This document shows, piece after piece, positions 31,551-41,467 of a stretch of 64,000 nucleotides of DNA (position 1 is the first letter of the stretch; each line of letters starts with the position of its first letter). Below the pieces are notes generated by a model. The model was not told the DNA's origin, made no database searches, and saw nothing but the letters and a program-made list of their open reading frames with translations. The translations under genes and the position numbers were made by a program. This DNA comes from an uncultured Alphaproteobacteria bacterium (GTDB taxonomy: Bacteria > Pseudomonadota > Alphaproteobacteria > JAJTHO01 > G963706365). The stretch is from positions 1,005,864 to 1,069,863 of the forward strand of contig OY970150.1 in the NCBI GenBank assembly GCA_963706365.1. The letters run 5' to 3'.

Positions 31551-32193
31551 CTAAGCCGCACCTTCTGTCGCCTGCTTGTTTTGTATCACACCAATACGTT
31601 GTTGCAATTCTTGTAATTGATGCTCAATTTGCGAAAGTTCCTCTTCTGGCGAGATGCTTTTATATTCGGTTGCCTGGTTGCCTGATGACAAGGATTTAAA
31701 CGGCGTAAACATGTTTTGAAACATGCTCATATTATTGCGTGTCATCGCCTTAATGGTGTTACTAACATTATTATTCAGGCCAAAACTTTGCCCCGATGCA
31801 AGGCCAGTTCCCAAAGCCAATGGCTTTAAGATATTCGCGCATGCGATCCTGATTTTCAATAAAAGCGGCCATGCTTGCATCCAAGTATTTTGAAACCACG
31901 GTTTGCGTGCTGTCGCCATATAAACTGATAATGCGGCGCAAAAAATTCACCGGCAGCATGGGTTCAATGTCTTGCCCCAAATTGCTTTCTTGTTCAAAAA
32001 TAATTTGAATCAGAATACTGTGCGTAAGGTCTTTACCAGACTTCGCATCCTTTACAACGAACTCGACGTTTTTTCGCACCATTTCACGCAAGTCTTCCTG
32101 CGTAATATATTGGCTGGTTGCAGTGTTATATAAACGGCGGTTGGCATATTTTTTAATTGTCAACGGCATATCTGCTGAATGGGGCATGGCCAT
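31551..32193 (-). CDS. phaR: Polyhydroxyalkanoate synthesis repressor PhaR, reading frame broken once (~31800)
   Basis: N-terminal ORF (31771..32193) starts LTIKKYANRRLYNTATSQYITQEDL (PhaR DNA-binding signature). The C-terminal part (MSMFQNMFTPFKSL...) is in the overlapping ORF 31551..31919. The shift is near ggcTTTGGGaac. Confidence 0.75.
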
Positions 32194-32195
32194 TT

Positions 32196-33380
32196 CTATA
32201 CGCTAAATGCTTGCTGATGTCCAGCATTGCCGTTGGCCTTGTTACCAGGCAAGCTGCCTTCCTGATACTCCATTTCCATCCGTGTTCTGGGCAATGCTTC
32301 CGGGTATTCTTTTGCCAGCCATTCAATAGTTTTTTCCCGCACATGGCAACGTAAATCCCATGTTGTTGGGGCGTCTTTACCGGTCATTAGGGCGCGTAAA
32401 ACAATTGTACGTTCATGACAATCAATCACCTGTAAAACCTTTACACGGCCATTCCATAATGGTGTTTCCGTAATAATTTCTTCCATTTTTTTGCGAATTG
32501 CTTCTAACGGCACACTGTAGTCGGTGTGCATAACCACGGCGCCCATAATTTCTGCCTGGTTACGTGTCCAGTTTTGGAATGGCCTTTCTGTAAAATAGGT
32601 AATAGGCACTACCAAACGTCTTAAATCCCAGATACGAATGACAACATAGGTTAGATTAATTTCTTCAATCCATCCCCATTCGTTTTCAACAATAACCACA
32701 TCTTCAATACGAATCGGTTGTGCCACAGCAATTTGAATACCGGCAAACAAATTCCCAATGGTTTTTTGCGCGGCAAAACCAAGGATAATACCGGCAACCC
32801 CAGCGGATGCTAACAGGCTTTCACCAATAATGGCAGCGCCTTCAAACGTTAGCGAAATAGCAGCGATGGTTAGCACAACAATAAAGAAGGATAAAACCTT
32901 ACTAATGACATCAATTTGCGTATAGATACGCCTTGCTTGCACATTATCGGCGCTATCTTTGTCATAGCGCCGCAGAATCAAAACACGGCTTGCCTTGATA
33001 ACCCTTAAAATAATGACGCCAATACTGATTAAAATCGCAATGGTTAAACCATGTGCCGCATGCTTGTTCCAGGGGTCAGGCAAATAATAATTTTGTAATG
33101 CCAGCGAGCTTTTGGTAACTGCCAAGGCCAATAAAACAAAGAAAGGGCCGGTCAACCGGTTAACAAAAATTCGAAAAGGGTTTTTACGGTTTTTTCGGGC
33201 AGCCCGGCGCTTTAATATCCATAAAACTGTGCAGCCAATCAAAAATACAGGAATACCAATATAGGCGGGTATCAAGGCTGGTAGGCTGGCAATACCATCT
33301 ATTGAATCAGTAATACTGTTAGAAACATCAGAAGCACTGGTGGCCGCTTCGGTTGTTTTTTGATTTGTCTCATCTGGCAT
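32196..33380 (-). CDS. Mechanosensitive ion channel family protein (MscS-like, larger paralog)
   Basis: 394 aa with multiple TM helices and the MscS pore/beta-domain (GNLFAGIQIAVAQPIRIEDVVIVENEWGWIEEINLTYVVIRIWDLRRLVVP). Confidence 0.75.
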   Translation of the reverse strand: MPDETNQKTTEAATSASDVSNSITDSIDGIASLPALIPAYIGIPVFLIGCTVLWILKRRAARKNRKNPFRIFVNRLTGPFFVLLALAVTKSSLALQNYYLPDPWNKHAAHGLTIAILISIGVIILRVIKASRVLILRRYDKDSADNVQARRIYTQIDVISKVLSFFIVVLTIAAISLTFEGAAIIGESLLASAGVAGIILGFAAQKTIGNLFAGIQIAVAQPIRIEDVVIVENEWGWIEEINLTYVVIRIWDLRRLVVPITYFTERPFQNWTRNQAEIMGAVVMHTDYSVPLEAIRKKMEEIITETPLWNGRVKVLQVIDCHERTIVLRALMTGKDAPTTWDLRCHVREKTIEWLAKEYPEALPRTRMEMEYQEGSLPGNKANGNAGHQQAFSV

Positions 33381-33413
33381 GGGGCTTTATAACCAATTCT
33401 TCCTATAAAGATT

Positions 33414-34250
33414 CTATATGCGAACTAAAGGCAGCACAGCCTCTAATGTTGCATAGCGCAAATTATATTTTGCCTGCTTTTGCACAACAGGTTTAGCATG
33501 GTACGCTATACCTAACCCACCTGCTTCTGATGCAGCTAATAACATAGGCAAATCGTTCGCACCATCGCCAATCGTAACAGACGTGCCTAAATCATCACAG
33601 TGTTTCAGTAAAATTTCTTTTTTAGTTTGTCCTGTTAAAATTGGTGTTTTTACCGTACCCGCCAGTGTCTCTGCATCAAAATTTAAAGTATTGGCATAGG
33701 CATAATCAAAGCCCAAAGCCTCCTTTACCTGGTCGGCGAAATAGTGAAAACCACCTGATACTAAAATACAGGTCATACCTTCTTTTTTCAGGCCACGAAT
33801 CAAAGCTTTTGCGCCTTTTGTAAATTCAATTTCCTGCCAAACATCTTTCAGTAAGGAAGTTGGTAAACCGGCTAAAAGCCCCACACGTTCATGCAAGGCG
33901 GCAACAAAATCAATTTCGCCATTCATCGCGCGAGTGGTAATGGCGGCTACCTTTTGCCCTACGCCAGCTTTTGCAGCTAAATCATCCAGCGTTTCGCTGG
34001 TTACAATGGTAGAATCCATATCCGCCAGCAGAATTTTTTTTGCTTTTCTATCGGCAGGTTGAAAAAAATAATCTATCGGTTGCGGCGATGCTAGTAATGG
34101 CTGCAAGATTGTTTGTTGTTTATCCGTAACGACAGCCTGTACGGTAAAGTCGTCAAAAGGCTTTAGGGCAATACCCTGTTTTTCAATAGCACTAAGTGTT
34201 TGCTGATAAGCCTGATAGTGTTGCTTTGTACCAATTAATGTAAAAATCAT
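33414..34250 (-). CDS. serB: Phosphoserine phosphatase (HAD family, with N-terminal ACT-like region)
   Basis: HAD motif I DMDSTIV, then the Lys and GDGANDLPML motifs. The ORF-track start at 34373 runs through the palindromic repeat element; the internal Met at 34250 (MIFTLIG...) is the more likely start. Confidence 0.8.
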   Translation of the reverse strand: MIFTLIGTKQHYQAYQQTLSAIEKQGIALKPFDDFTVQAVVTDKQQTILQPLLASPQPIDYFFQPADRKAKKILLADMDSTIVTSETLDDLAAKAGVGQKVAAITTRAMNGEIDFVAALHERVGLLAGLPTSLLKDVWQEIEFTKGAKALIRGLKKEGMTCILVSGGFHYFADQVKEALGFDYAYANTLNFDAETLAGTVKTPILTGQTKKEILLKHCDDLGTSVTIGDGANDLPMLLAASEAGGLGIAYHAKPVVQKQAKYNLRYATLEAVLPLVRI

Positions 34251-34304
34251 TGTTATAATTGTTCCAGTTTTTTCATAGCATTGTTCACACAAAAGCTCGG
34301 GTTT

Positions 34305-34433
34305 TATAGTGTTTCCAAAATAAATCCGTGTGGAGGCGAGAGCAAGTAAAATTGAGCGCAGTGTATTCTTCATACATAAGCGAAATTTTGCACAGCTCGC
34401 AGCCCCTCACGGGTTTATTTTGGAAGCACTCTA
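34305..34433. repeat. ~128-bp palindromic MITE/RPE-like element, copy 2
   Basis: TATAGTGTTTCCAAAATAAATCCGTGTGGAGGCGAGAGCAAGTAAAATTGAGCGC...GCGAAATTTTGCACAGCTCGCAGCCCCTCACGGGTTTATTTTGGAAGCACTCTA. Confidence 0.8.
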
Positions 34434-34446
34434 TCTTTTTGCTTGC

Positions 34447-35736
34447 CTAATAATTAGGATTCAAACCAGACCAAGCCGGGTCAGAGGCACGTGCCGGGGT
34501 TGGAATACGGCGTAAATTACTACCTGTTAAATCAATGGTATAAAGCGCTGCCCCTGCACCACGATTTTCACGGAAGAACATGAGTACACGCCCATTCGGT
34601 GCCCATGTAGGGCCTTCATCCAAATAACTTTGCGTTAACAAACGTTCGCCACTACCATCGGGACGCATCACACCAATATGGAACATACCACCGGTTGCTT
34701 TGGTAAAGGCAATTAAATCACCCCGTGGCGACCACACTGGTGTAGAGTAATCCCCCCTGCCAAAAGTTATACGCTTGGCGTTCCCCCCGCTGGCAGACAT
34801 CACATAAATCGCCTGTCTACCGCCACGGTCAGACGTAAATACAATTTGATTTCCATCGGGCGAATAAGAAGCAGAAGTATCAATAGCCGGGTTATTGGTT
34901 AAACGTCGTGTTTGCCGGGTAATCAGGTTCATTTCATAAATATCAGAATTCCCTTGGCTGGCCTGAGTGAAGACTAACCGTCTGCCATCGGGTGAATAAC
35001 GCGGCGCAAAGGTCATGCCCGGGAAGTTGCCCAACTTTTCAATACGGCCACTGTCAATATTCAGCATAAAAACAGCCGGCTGTTTTTCACGATAGCTTAA
35101 AAAAGTAACCACAGGCTCAGTAGGTGAAAAACGCGGCGTTAAGACCAAATCGCTACCGTTTGTCAAATAGCGGTGGCGAAAACCATCCTGATCCATCACC
35201 GCTAGTCGTTTCACAGCATCAACCTTGCTGCCGGTTTCTGAAACATAAACAATGCGGGTATCAAAGTAACCGTCTTCACCGGTAATACGTTTGTAAATAG
35301 CATCAGACGCCATGTGCGCCAACCGGCGCCAGTTTTCTGATGTGGTGGCCAACGATAAACCCAATAGCTGCTGTTTTTTCAACACATCAAATAAAACGAA
35401 GTTTAAACGCAACTGGTTGCCTTCTGGCATAACCGCGCCCTTGACCAGAAAATTGCTACTAAGATTTTCCCAGCGTCCCCAATCCGGCACGCCCTGCAAG
35501 GCGGTGGCACCCTCTCCCACTGCAACAGGCCGGAACAAGCCAGAATTTTTCAGGTTGTTCGCAATAACAACCGGAATTTCATTACCACGAATCCCCCCCT
35601 CAAATGCCGGAATTCCAATAGGCAACGGCTGTATGGTACCACTATTAATATCGAGAGATAACTGCGCCTGCGCTGTTGCGGCAACAGTCATCATCACGAC
35701 AAAAAGTAGCAGGTTTTTGATGTGTATCTTTAGCAT
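34447..35736 (-). CDS. tolB: Tol-Pal system beta-propeller protein TolB
   Basis: 429 aa with signal peptide. TolB N-domain and WD-like beta-propeller repeats (YSPDG...[17 protein letters not shown]). Confidence 0.85.
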   Translation of the reverse strand: MLKIHIKNLLLFVVMMTVAATAQAQLSLDINSGTIQPLPIGIPAFEGGIRGNEIPVVIANNLKNSGLFRPVAVGEGATALQGVPDWGRWENLSSNFLVKGAVMPEGNQLRLNFVLFDVLKKQQLLGLSLATTSENWRRLAHMASDAIYKRITGEDGYFDTRIVYVSETGSKVDAVKRLAVMDQDGFRHRYLTNGSDLVLTPRFSPTEPVVTFLSYREKQPAVFMLNIDSGRIEKLGNFPGMTFAPRYSPDGRRLVFTQASQGNSDIYEMNLITRQTRRLTNNPAIDTSASYSPDGNQIVFTSDRGGRQAIYVMSASGGNAKRITFGRGDYSTPVWSPRGDLIAFTKATGGMFHIGVMRPDGSGERLLTQSYLDEGPTWAPNGRVLMFFRENRGAGAALYTIDLTGSNLRRIPTPARASDPAWSGLNPNY

Positions 35737-35773
35737 AACTGTCTTTACCAGCGATACGTCAGAGAATCAAAAG

Positions 35774-38700
35774 CTATCTTAGTTCTGGAGGTGTCAAATT
35801 GATGATATCATCCTGCAAGTTTGCACTGTTCACACCTTCAACAATAATACCATGATTATTACCAAAGTTCACAAAAGTACCGTTCGCCACATCGGCCAAG
35901 GTATGAGAGCCGTAAACAATCAGTTTATCCAGGTTATCTTCAAAATCGGTGATAAGATCAGCCCCTTCATCGCGACTGCCTTTTTTATTGTATTTAAAGA
36001 AGTCAGTCGAGGCACCACCGGTTATAATGTCTCCCCCACCTGAAAGGCTGGCGATATTTGTTACACTGTCAATAACCACTGATCCGGAATCAAATCCACC
36101 AATAATGGTATCAATCCCCTGGCCGCCATTAATGGTATCATTACCATCATAGGCATGGATGAAGTCTTTCCCCGCAGCGGCCTGGATAACATCATCCTGA
36201 TCCGTTCCCAATAAAATATCGCGTCCTTCGGTTCCAATAATAGGCTTTGCCCCCGTATCATCATTAACGATGGTCGCAACGGCATTAACATTCACAGAGT
36301 TATTATTAAAACCCGTATAGTCTGACTGAAAATTTACTAAAAACTTCTCGTCCAGTTCTTCAAATAAATCGCCAATAACGTCGATAGTAACTGATTTTTT
36401 TGTTTCACCCGCTGCAAAATTAATGGTTCCGGCATCTGCTGTATAATCGCTGCCCGCCATCGCTGTGCCATCAATGGTTTTATAGTTCACACTGAAAGCT
36501 TCTGGCGCTTCGTCTGATAGTTCAAGATTAAAGGTTACCTGCTTTGTGCCGCTATTCTCCTCTTGAACACTGGGGTTATTCACAAACAGTCCAAGGGTTC
36601 CTGTTTCGCCGTCATCATCAATAATAGTTCCCTCGGTTGCAAGGGTGCTAACACCGCCGGCTAATTCGGCGTTAATGGGGTCGAATAAATTTAGTATAAC
36701 TGTTTCATCCGGTTCAATAATGGAATCTCCAAAATATTCACCAAATATAGTGACAACCTGCTGTGTTTGCCCTGGGGCAAAACGCACTTGGCCATTAGCC
36801 GGTTTTGAATAGTCGTCCACAGCAGTTGCGGTACCATCTTCGACGCTATAAGAAACCGCCACTTCAAATGTTGGCGATGCCTTTGATAGGGTTAATACAT
36901 ACTGAATTTCAGGGTAGCCAGACGAACTTTCAATAACAGAACGCCCTTCCACATTAATTACAGGCAGATCACCCCCGCCAGCATCATCATCTAAAATTTG
37001 CGCCTGCGTTTGAATACCACCAGTGTTATTAACAATAGCGCGGTTCGCACCAATCGCCAAACTAAAGGTTTCTTTATTTTCAACAGTATTGTCACCAAAA
37101 ACATCAACAGCTACGCTGGCAAAGGTTTGACCCGCTGCAAAAGTTACCTGTCCTGATGTCGCCTTATAATCTTGCCCGGCAACAGCGGTTTCATCCTGTG
37201 TTACGTAATCAAGTGTTAATTCTGTGGCGGCAGGCTCTGATAATCTTAGTTCAAATAAAGCCTGTTTTTGGCCACTATTGCCTTCAACAACTAATGGCGT
37301 TGAAACAAATAAAGAACGATCTGAACCTGTACCGTCATCATCCAGTATAATACCTGTTCCCTGCAAGGCTGTTTCGTTATTGGCAAAAGCCGCGTTAACC
37401 GGGTTAAACAATTCTAGTGTAATACTTTCATCGGTTTCATCCAGGCTATCGCCGAAATACTCGCCAAAAACATCAACAATCTGCTGTGTCTCTCCTGGTG
37501 CAAAGGTAACCGTACCCTTTGTCGGAGAAAAGTCTAGGGTTGTATCGGCTGTGTCTGCTTTTGTACGATATTCTACCCGCACTTCATTATCCAGCTGTGC
37601 TTCTGACAACGTTAGCAGATATTGAATTCGTGGGTATCCCTCTGCACTTTCCAGAACGCTGCGCCCTTCAATGTTAATAACAGGTAAGGTTCCATTACCG
37701 GCATCATCATCCAGAATAGTGGCTTCGCCTGTTGAAGCTGCTGTTCCATTCGTAATTGTTGCTGTCGGCTGCACGACCAGGGAAAATATTTCCCCAACTT
37801 CCACTTTGTTATCTCCAGAAACATCCACTTTTACACTGGCAACCGTTTGCCCTGGCAGAAATGTAACAATACCGCTTTTCGCGGTATAGTCTTCCCCTGC
37901 CGTTGCAGAACCATCTTTGGTAGAAAAATTTAGATTAATTTCACGGGTTGATGGCTCGGATAAAGTAATATCAAACACAGCTTGCTTGCTGCCACTATCA
38001 CCTTCCACAAGTATAGGGTTTGATACGAATAATGCCCGATTAGAACCAGTGCCATCATCATCTTGTATAATCGCTGTTGTTCTGTACACGAGTGTATCTT
38101 CTGGCAGCACAGCATTGGTAGGGTCAAAAACTTCCAGAACAATGTTTTCATCGCTCTCGTCGAGGCTGTCCCCAAAATATTCCCCGAAAATACTAATTGT
38201 TTTCTGCACTTCGCCGGGGGCAAAAACAATCGTACCGTCTTGCGCTGAATAATCACTGGCTCTCTGCGCTGTTCCATCTTTTGTACGATAGTTCAAAGAA
38301 ACTTCATCAAATAGTGAAGGCTTAGAAAGCGTTACAATAAATTGTAGCTCTGGATACCCTTGTGCACTTTCTGCTATTCCGCGGCCAATAACATTGATAA
38401 CCGGATCATCACTGCCATCTTTTGCATTGGGGTCAATGATGGTGGCAATACCTGCGTTTGCATCTACTCCGTTGGCGATGCCGGAAATAGGGTCTACTAC
38501 CAATGAAAAGTTTTTGTGCATTTCAGGGATAGAATCACTATCGGTAATTAAGTTCACCGCAATTGTCTTTTCGGTTTCACCGGCAGAAAACTCAATGCTG
38601 CTGTCTTGTGCTACATAGTCCTCGCCGGCAATTGCGGAACCGTTTGCCGTTTGGAAACCAAAGGTACGATCAACCGTGAAAGCCTCTGATAATGTAACTG

Positions 38701-39139
38701 TAAAAACAGCTTGCTTTGTACCAGTATTGCTTTCAACCACTAAGGGGCTTGAAACAAATAACGCCCGGTCAATCCCCGTACCATCGTCATCTAAAATTAT
38801 ACCGTTGGCACTTAAAACAGGGTTCCCCCCTTCTAATAAAGCATTTTTAGGGTTGAATAACTCTATAACAACATTTTCATCTGCTTCATCTAGGCTGTCG
38901 CCAAAATACTCACCAAATATAGTAATTTGCTTGCTGGTTTCACCAGGCTCAAAGGTTAAGATATCAGCATCAGGGGAAAAATCAGCACTGGTCGTTGCTG
39001 TTCCTGCAACGCTGCGAAACCCAACAGAAACAGTCTCTGACGAACTTTCAGAAAGCGAAACATCGAAAAGAAATTTGGGATACCCCTCACTACTTTCAAC
39101 AATACTACTGTTTGCAATACTAATTACCGGTGTCGCCAT
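35774..39139 (-). CDS. Large Calx-beta-repeat protein with C-terminal RTX Ca-binding repeats and T1SS-type C-terminus
   Basis: 1121 aa. No signal peptide. About 8 Calx-beta modules (GTATxxxDY...VTFAPGETxKxIxIFGEYFGDSLDExDE), arranged as 4 super-repeats of ~230 aa. The C-terminal section carries GGxGxD repeats and ends ...DLITDFEDNLDKLIVYG.... Confidence 0.8.
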   Translation of the reverse strand: MATPVISIANSSIVESSEGYPKFLFDVSLSESSSETVSVGFRSVAGTATTSADFSPDADILTFEPGETSKQITIFGEYFGDSLDEADENVVIELFNPKNALLEGGNPVLSANGIILDDDGTGIDRALFVSSPLVVESNTGTKQAVFTVTLSEAFTVDRTFGFQTANGSAIAGEDYVAQDSSIEFSAGETEKTIAVNLITDSDSIPEMHKNFSLVVDPISGIANGVDANAGIATIIDPNAKDGSDDPVINVIGRGIAESAQGYPELQFIVTLSKPSLFDEVSLNYRTKDGTAQRASDYSAQDGTIVFAPGEVQKTISIFGEYFGDSLDESDENIVLEVFDPTNAVLPEDTLVYRTTAIIQDDDGTGSNRALFVSNPILVEGDSGSKQAVFDITLSEPSTREINLNFSTKDGSATAGEDYTAKSGIVTFLPGQTVASVKVDVSGDNKVEVGEIFSLVVQPTATITNGTAASTGEATILDDDAGNGTLPVINIEGRSVLESAEGYPRIQYLLTLSEAQLDNEVRVEYRTKADTADTTLDFSPTKGTVTFAPGETQQIVDVFGEYFGDSLDETDESITLELFNPVNAAFANNETALQGTGIILDDDGTGSDRSLFVSTPLVVEGNSGQKQALFELRLSEPAATELTLDYVTQDETAVAGQDYKATSGQVTFAAGQTFASVAVDVFGDNTVENKETFSLAIGANRAIVNNTGGIQTQAQILDDDAGGGDLPVINVEGRSVIESSSGYPEIQYVLTLSKASPTFEVAVSYSVEDGTATAVDDYSKPANGQVRFAPGQTQQVVTIFGEYFGDSIIEPDETVILNLFDPINAELAGGVSTLATEGTIIDDDGETGTLGLFVNNPSVQEENSGTKQVTFNLELSDEAPEAFSVNYKTIDGTAMAGSDYTADAGTINFAAGETKKSVTIDVIGDLFEELDEKFLVNFQSDYTGFNNNSVNVNAVATIVNDDTGAKPIIGTEGRDILLGTDQDDVIQAAAGKDFIHAYDGNDTINGGQGIDTIIGGFDSGSVVIDSVTNIASLSGGGDIITGGASTDFFKYNKKGSRDEGADLITDFEDNLDKLIVYGSHTLADVANGTFVNFGNNHGIIVEGVNSANLQDDIINLTPPELR

Positions 39140-39251
39140 AGCCTATATCCTTATTTTTATTATTAGGAAAATAACTATAGGCTATATTTTAATTGTCTAG
39201 CTATTACTTATGATTTCTTTATTTAGTGTCATCCTTGCAAATAAATCGTTC

Positions 39252-41342
39252 TTAACCAGCTAATTCCGCGCGCTCGGCAAAAAAGCTATTAACCAGATTT
39301 CCGTAATGTTCACCGGTTACACCTTCAACTTGTTGAATAAATAGAGACATCCTACTTGCCTTTTCTTGCTCAGAAGCGGTTAAAGCCAAGGTCAATGCCT
39401 CTGGCACATCAGCGGTGCTATTGCAATTAAACATGCCATCTTTGTAGGCCTCAGCCATTCCCATACCAGGCTCAACACTTACAATAGCCTTGTTCAGAAA
39501 CTCTTTCATGGGATCAAAAGGTAGAATAACCTGATGATCTGACATTTTTCTGACTGTGGCAGCAAGAGAAGTAACAGCCAATTGACCGTAGGCACCAATT
39601 TCTCTTAAATCAAGTTCAAAAGGATACGCTCTTTCTTCTGCCTGGCTGAAATGTACCTGATATGCGCTTTCTCCCTGCATTTTAGCTACGACAGCCCTAT
39701 GCATAAAATCTATAAAATCAGCCTGCACTGCTTCGGCTGCATCCTGATGGTATCCGAAAACATTACCCACAGCCATGGCTTCTAGTGCTTGCAGGCCAAA
39801 ACCTTCTTGCGTATTTTCGGCAACGGTCTGCAAAAACACATCCGCCTGCGTCATGAATTTTGCGTAATTACCAGGGTCATACGATTGGCCAATTCTAAGA
39901 TAAACTTTATCCTGAACCTCTTCCGGCAATGAATTATAATAGTCCTGTATTTCCTGCTGATATTCAGGCTGCCCTGGCGTTTTCAATCGGGTAGAGCCCA
40001 GTAAAACAAGAAAATTTGTGTCATCCCCTAATCCATGTGGGTTTTCTTCAATAAATCTTACAATTTGTTTCAAAGAATTTAGAGGATCTTTATAGGGAAC
40101 CGCGCGGCCACCAGTATAAACCAGTTTTTTACCGGATTCTTTTGTTTCATCAATGAATTTTTGGACATCTTCAACGGCTTCGTCAGCACTATTAGCTTCT
40201 AAAACCAAGCGTCTTTTAGTTTGAGAATTAATACCTCTTTGAATCGTTAAAACGTATTGATTATCATTTGGTGGAATACCAAGGAATGCACAGTTTTGTC
40301 TATAGTATTTAGCTTTAATACCCTTAGTAATGCTACCATCTTCTTTTTCTTCCTCTCCGATATGGAATGTTGGCAGATCATATCGCGCCATATCTTGATA
40401 TACACCATGAATGAGGGGATGGTTATAAAAAGATTGACCTCCTGTAGGAGTTGTTATGCTATAATCTGATGCTTCAAAAGGCATCTGCCCTGAATGCCAA
40501 TCAATATATGATTCAACCTTAGTATCTGTTAGGCTTTGATAATCTACTCTATCTTTGCCGCCTAAAACGACCTGATCCAGCGCACAAACTCTGATAGAAT
40601 CTAACTCTAATTCCTGTTCATTAATAAGTTCGAACAGTTTTACAGTTGCTTCGTCATAACGATCAAACGCCTGGTCATGCCCGGCTTTAACAACATTTAA
40701 CATCTCCCATTCTGTAAGCGGCATTCCTGCTAAAGATTTCATATAAGCTTGTTGAACTGATAACAGAGAAGCCTTTTCCGACTCATCCGGCAACTGATTC
40801 CGATTACGTAATACCATCTCCATAATCTGAATCTCAGTACTGCTCAAGCTTGCAGGATTTGCTTCTGCTAAATCACTAAATTCTTTTGTAAGCCCTGCAA
40901 CACGCTCTGGTAACAACTCATTATGCGTAGCACTCCATATAATTGTGTCAGAGCCATACCTTGCCAAACAATCAAACTGAAATTGCGTCATAGGGAAGTT
41001 AATGAAAACTACTTTTTCACCTGACTTATTGGTGTCAAAGGTAATATTTAGAGAAGGTTTTCCCTCTATATTTTCAGAAACTTTCGGTGTCAGGAAAATT
41101 TGAACACCATTATACTTTGCTTCTTCTGAAAGGGTTAATACGCCACCGGTTCTTTGGGCAAGATCAACAACATCTTTTACCTCTTGCTGATTAAGTGCTT
41201 GACCACTCAATGTCTTTTTATAAATATTTATAAGAATATTTTTTACGTCAGAGCCAAGCAATTCTTTAAGGTGCTCACTATTTTTCAAAAATTCTTCCCG
41301 CTCTTGATCGTGATCAGTTGTAGACACAGCAGCAGTCGCCAT
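39252..41342 (-). CDS. Large hypothetical protein with C-terminal GT-B (GT4-like) glycosyltransferase domain
   Basis: 696 aa with no signal peptide or TM. The C-terminal ~200 aa match the GT4 C-domain pattern (LVYTGGRAVPYKD...ADVFLQTVAENTQEGFGLQALEAMAVGNVFG). The N-terminal ~450 aa have no motif I recognise. Confidence 0.5.
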   Translation of the reverse strand: MATAAVSTTDHDQEREEFLKNSEHLKELLGSDVKNILINIYKKTLSGQALNQQEVKDVVDLAQRTGGVLTLSEEAKYNGVQIFLTPKVSENIEGKPSLNITFDTNKSGEKVVFINFPMTQFQFDCLARYGSDTIIWSATHNELLPERVAGLTKEFSDLAEANPASLSSTEIQIMEMVLRNRNQLPDESEKASLLSVQQAYMKSLAGMPLTEWEMLNVVKAGHDQAFDRYDEATVKLFELINEQELELDSIRVCALDQVVLGGKDRVDYQSLTDTKVESYIDWHSGQMPFEASDYSITTPTGGQSFYNHPLIHGVYQDMARYDLPTFHIGEEEKEDGSITKGIKAKYYRQNCAFLGIPPNDNQYVLTIQRGINSQTKRRLVLEANSADEAVEDVQKFIDETKESGKKLVYTGGRAVPYKDPLNSLKQIVRFIEENPHGLGDDTNFLVLLGSTRLKTPGQPEYQQEIQDYYNSLPEEVQDKVYLRIGQSYDPGNYAKFMTQADVFLQTVAENTQEGFGLQALEAMAVGNVFGYHQDAAEAVQADFIDFMHRAVVAKMQGESAYQVHFSQAEERAYPFELDLREIGAYGQLAVTSLAATVRKMSDHQVILPFDPMKEFLNKAIVSVEPGMGMAEAYKDGMFNCNSTADVPEALTLALTASEQEKASRMSLFIQQVEGVTGEHYGNLVNSFFAERAELAG

Positions 41343-41467
41343 AAAATTTTACCTATGAAAATTGAAAGTGAAGCTAATTATCATAATTTTTTATATAAAT
41401 CAATTAATAAAACTAGATTAAATTACATATATTGCCCCGCCCCTGCAACTTTGCTAACAACTAATTA

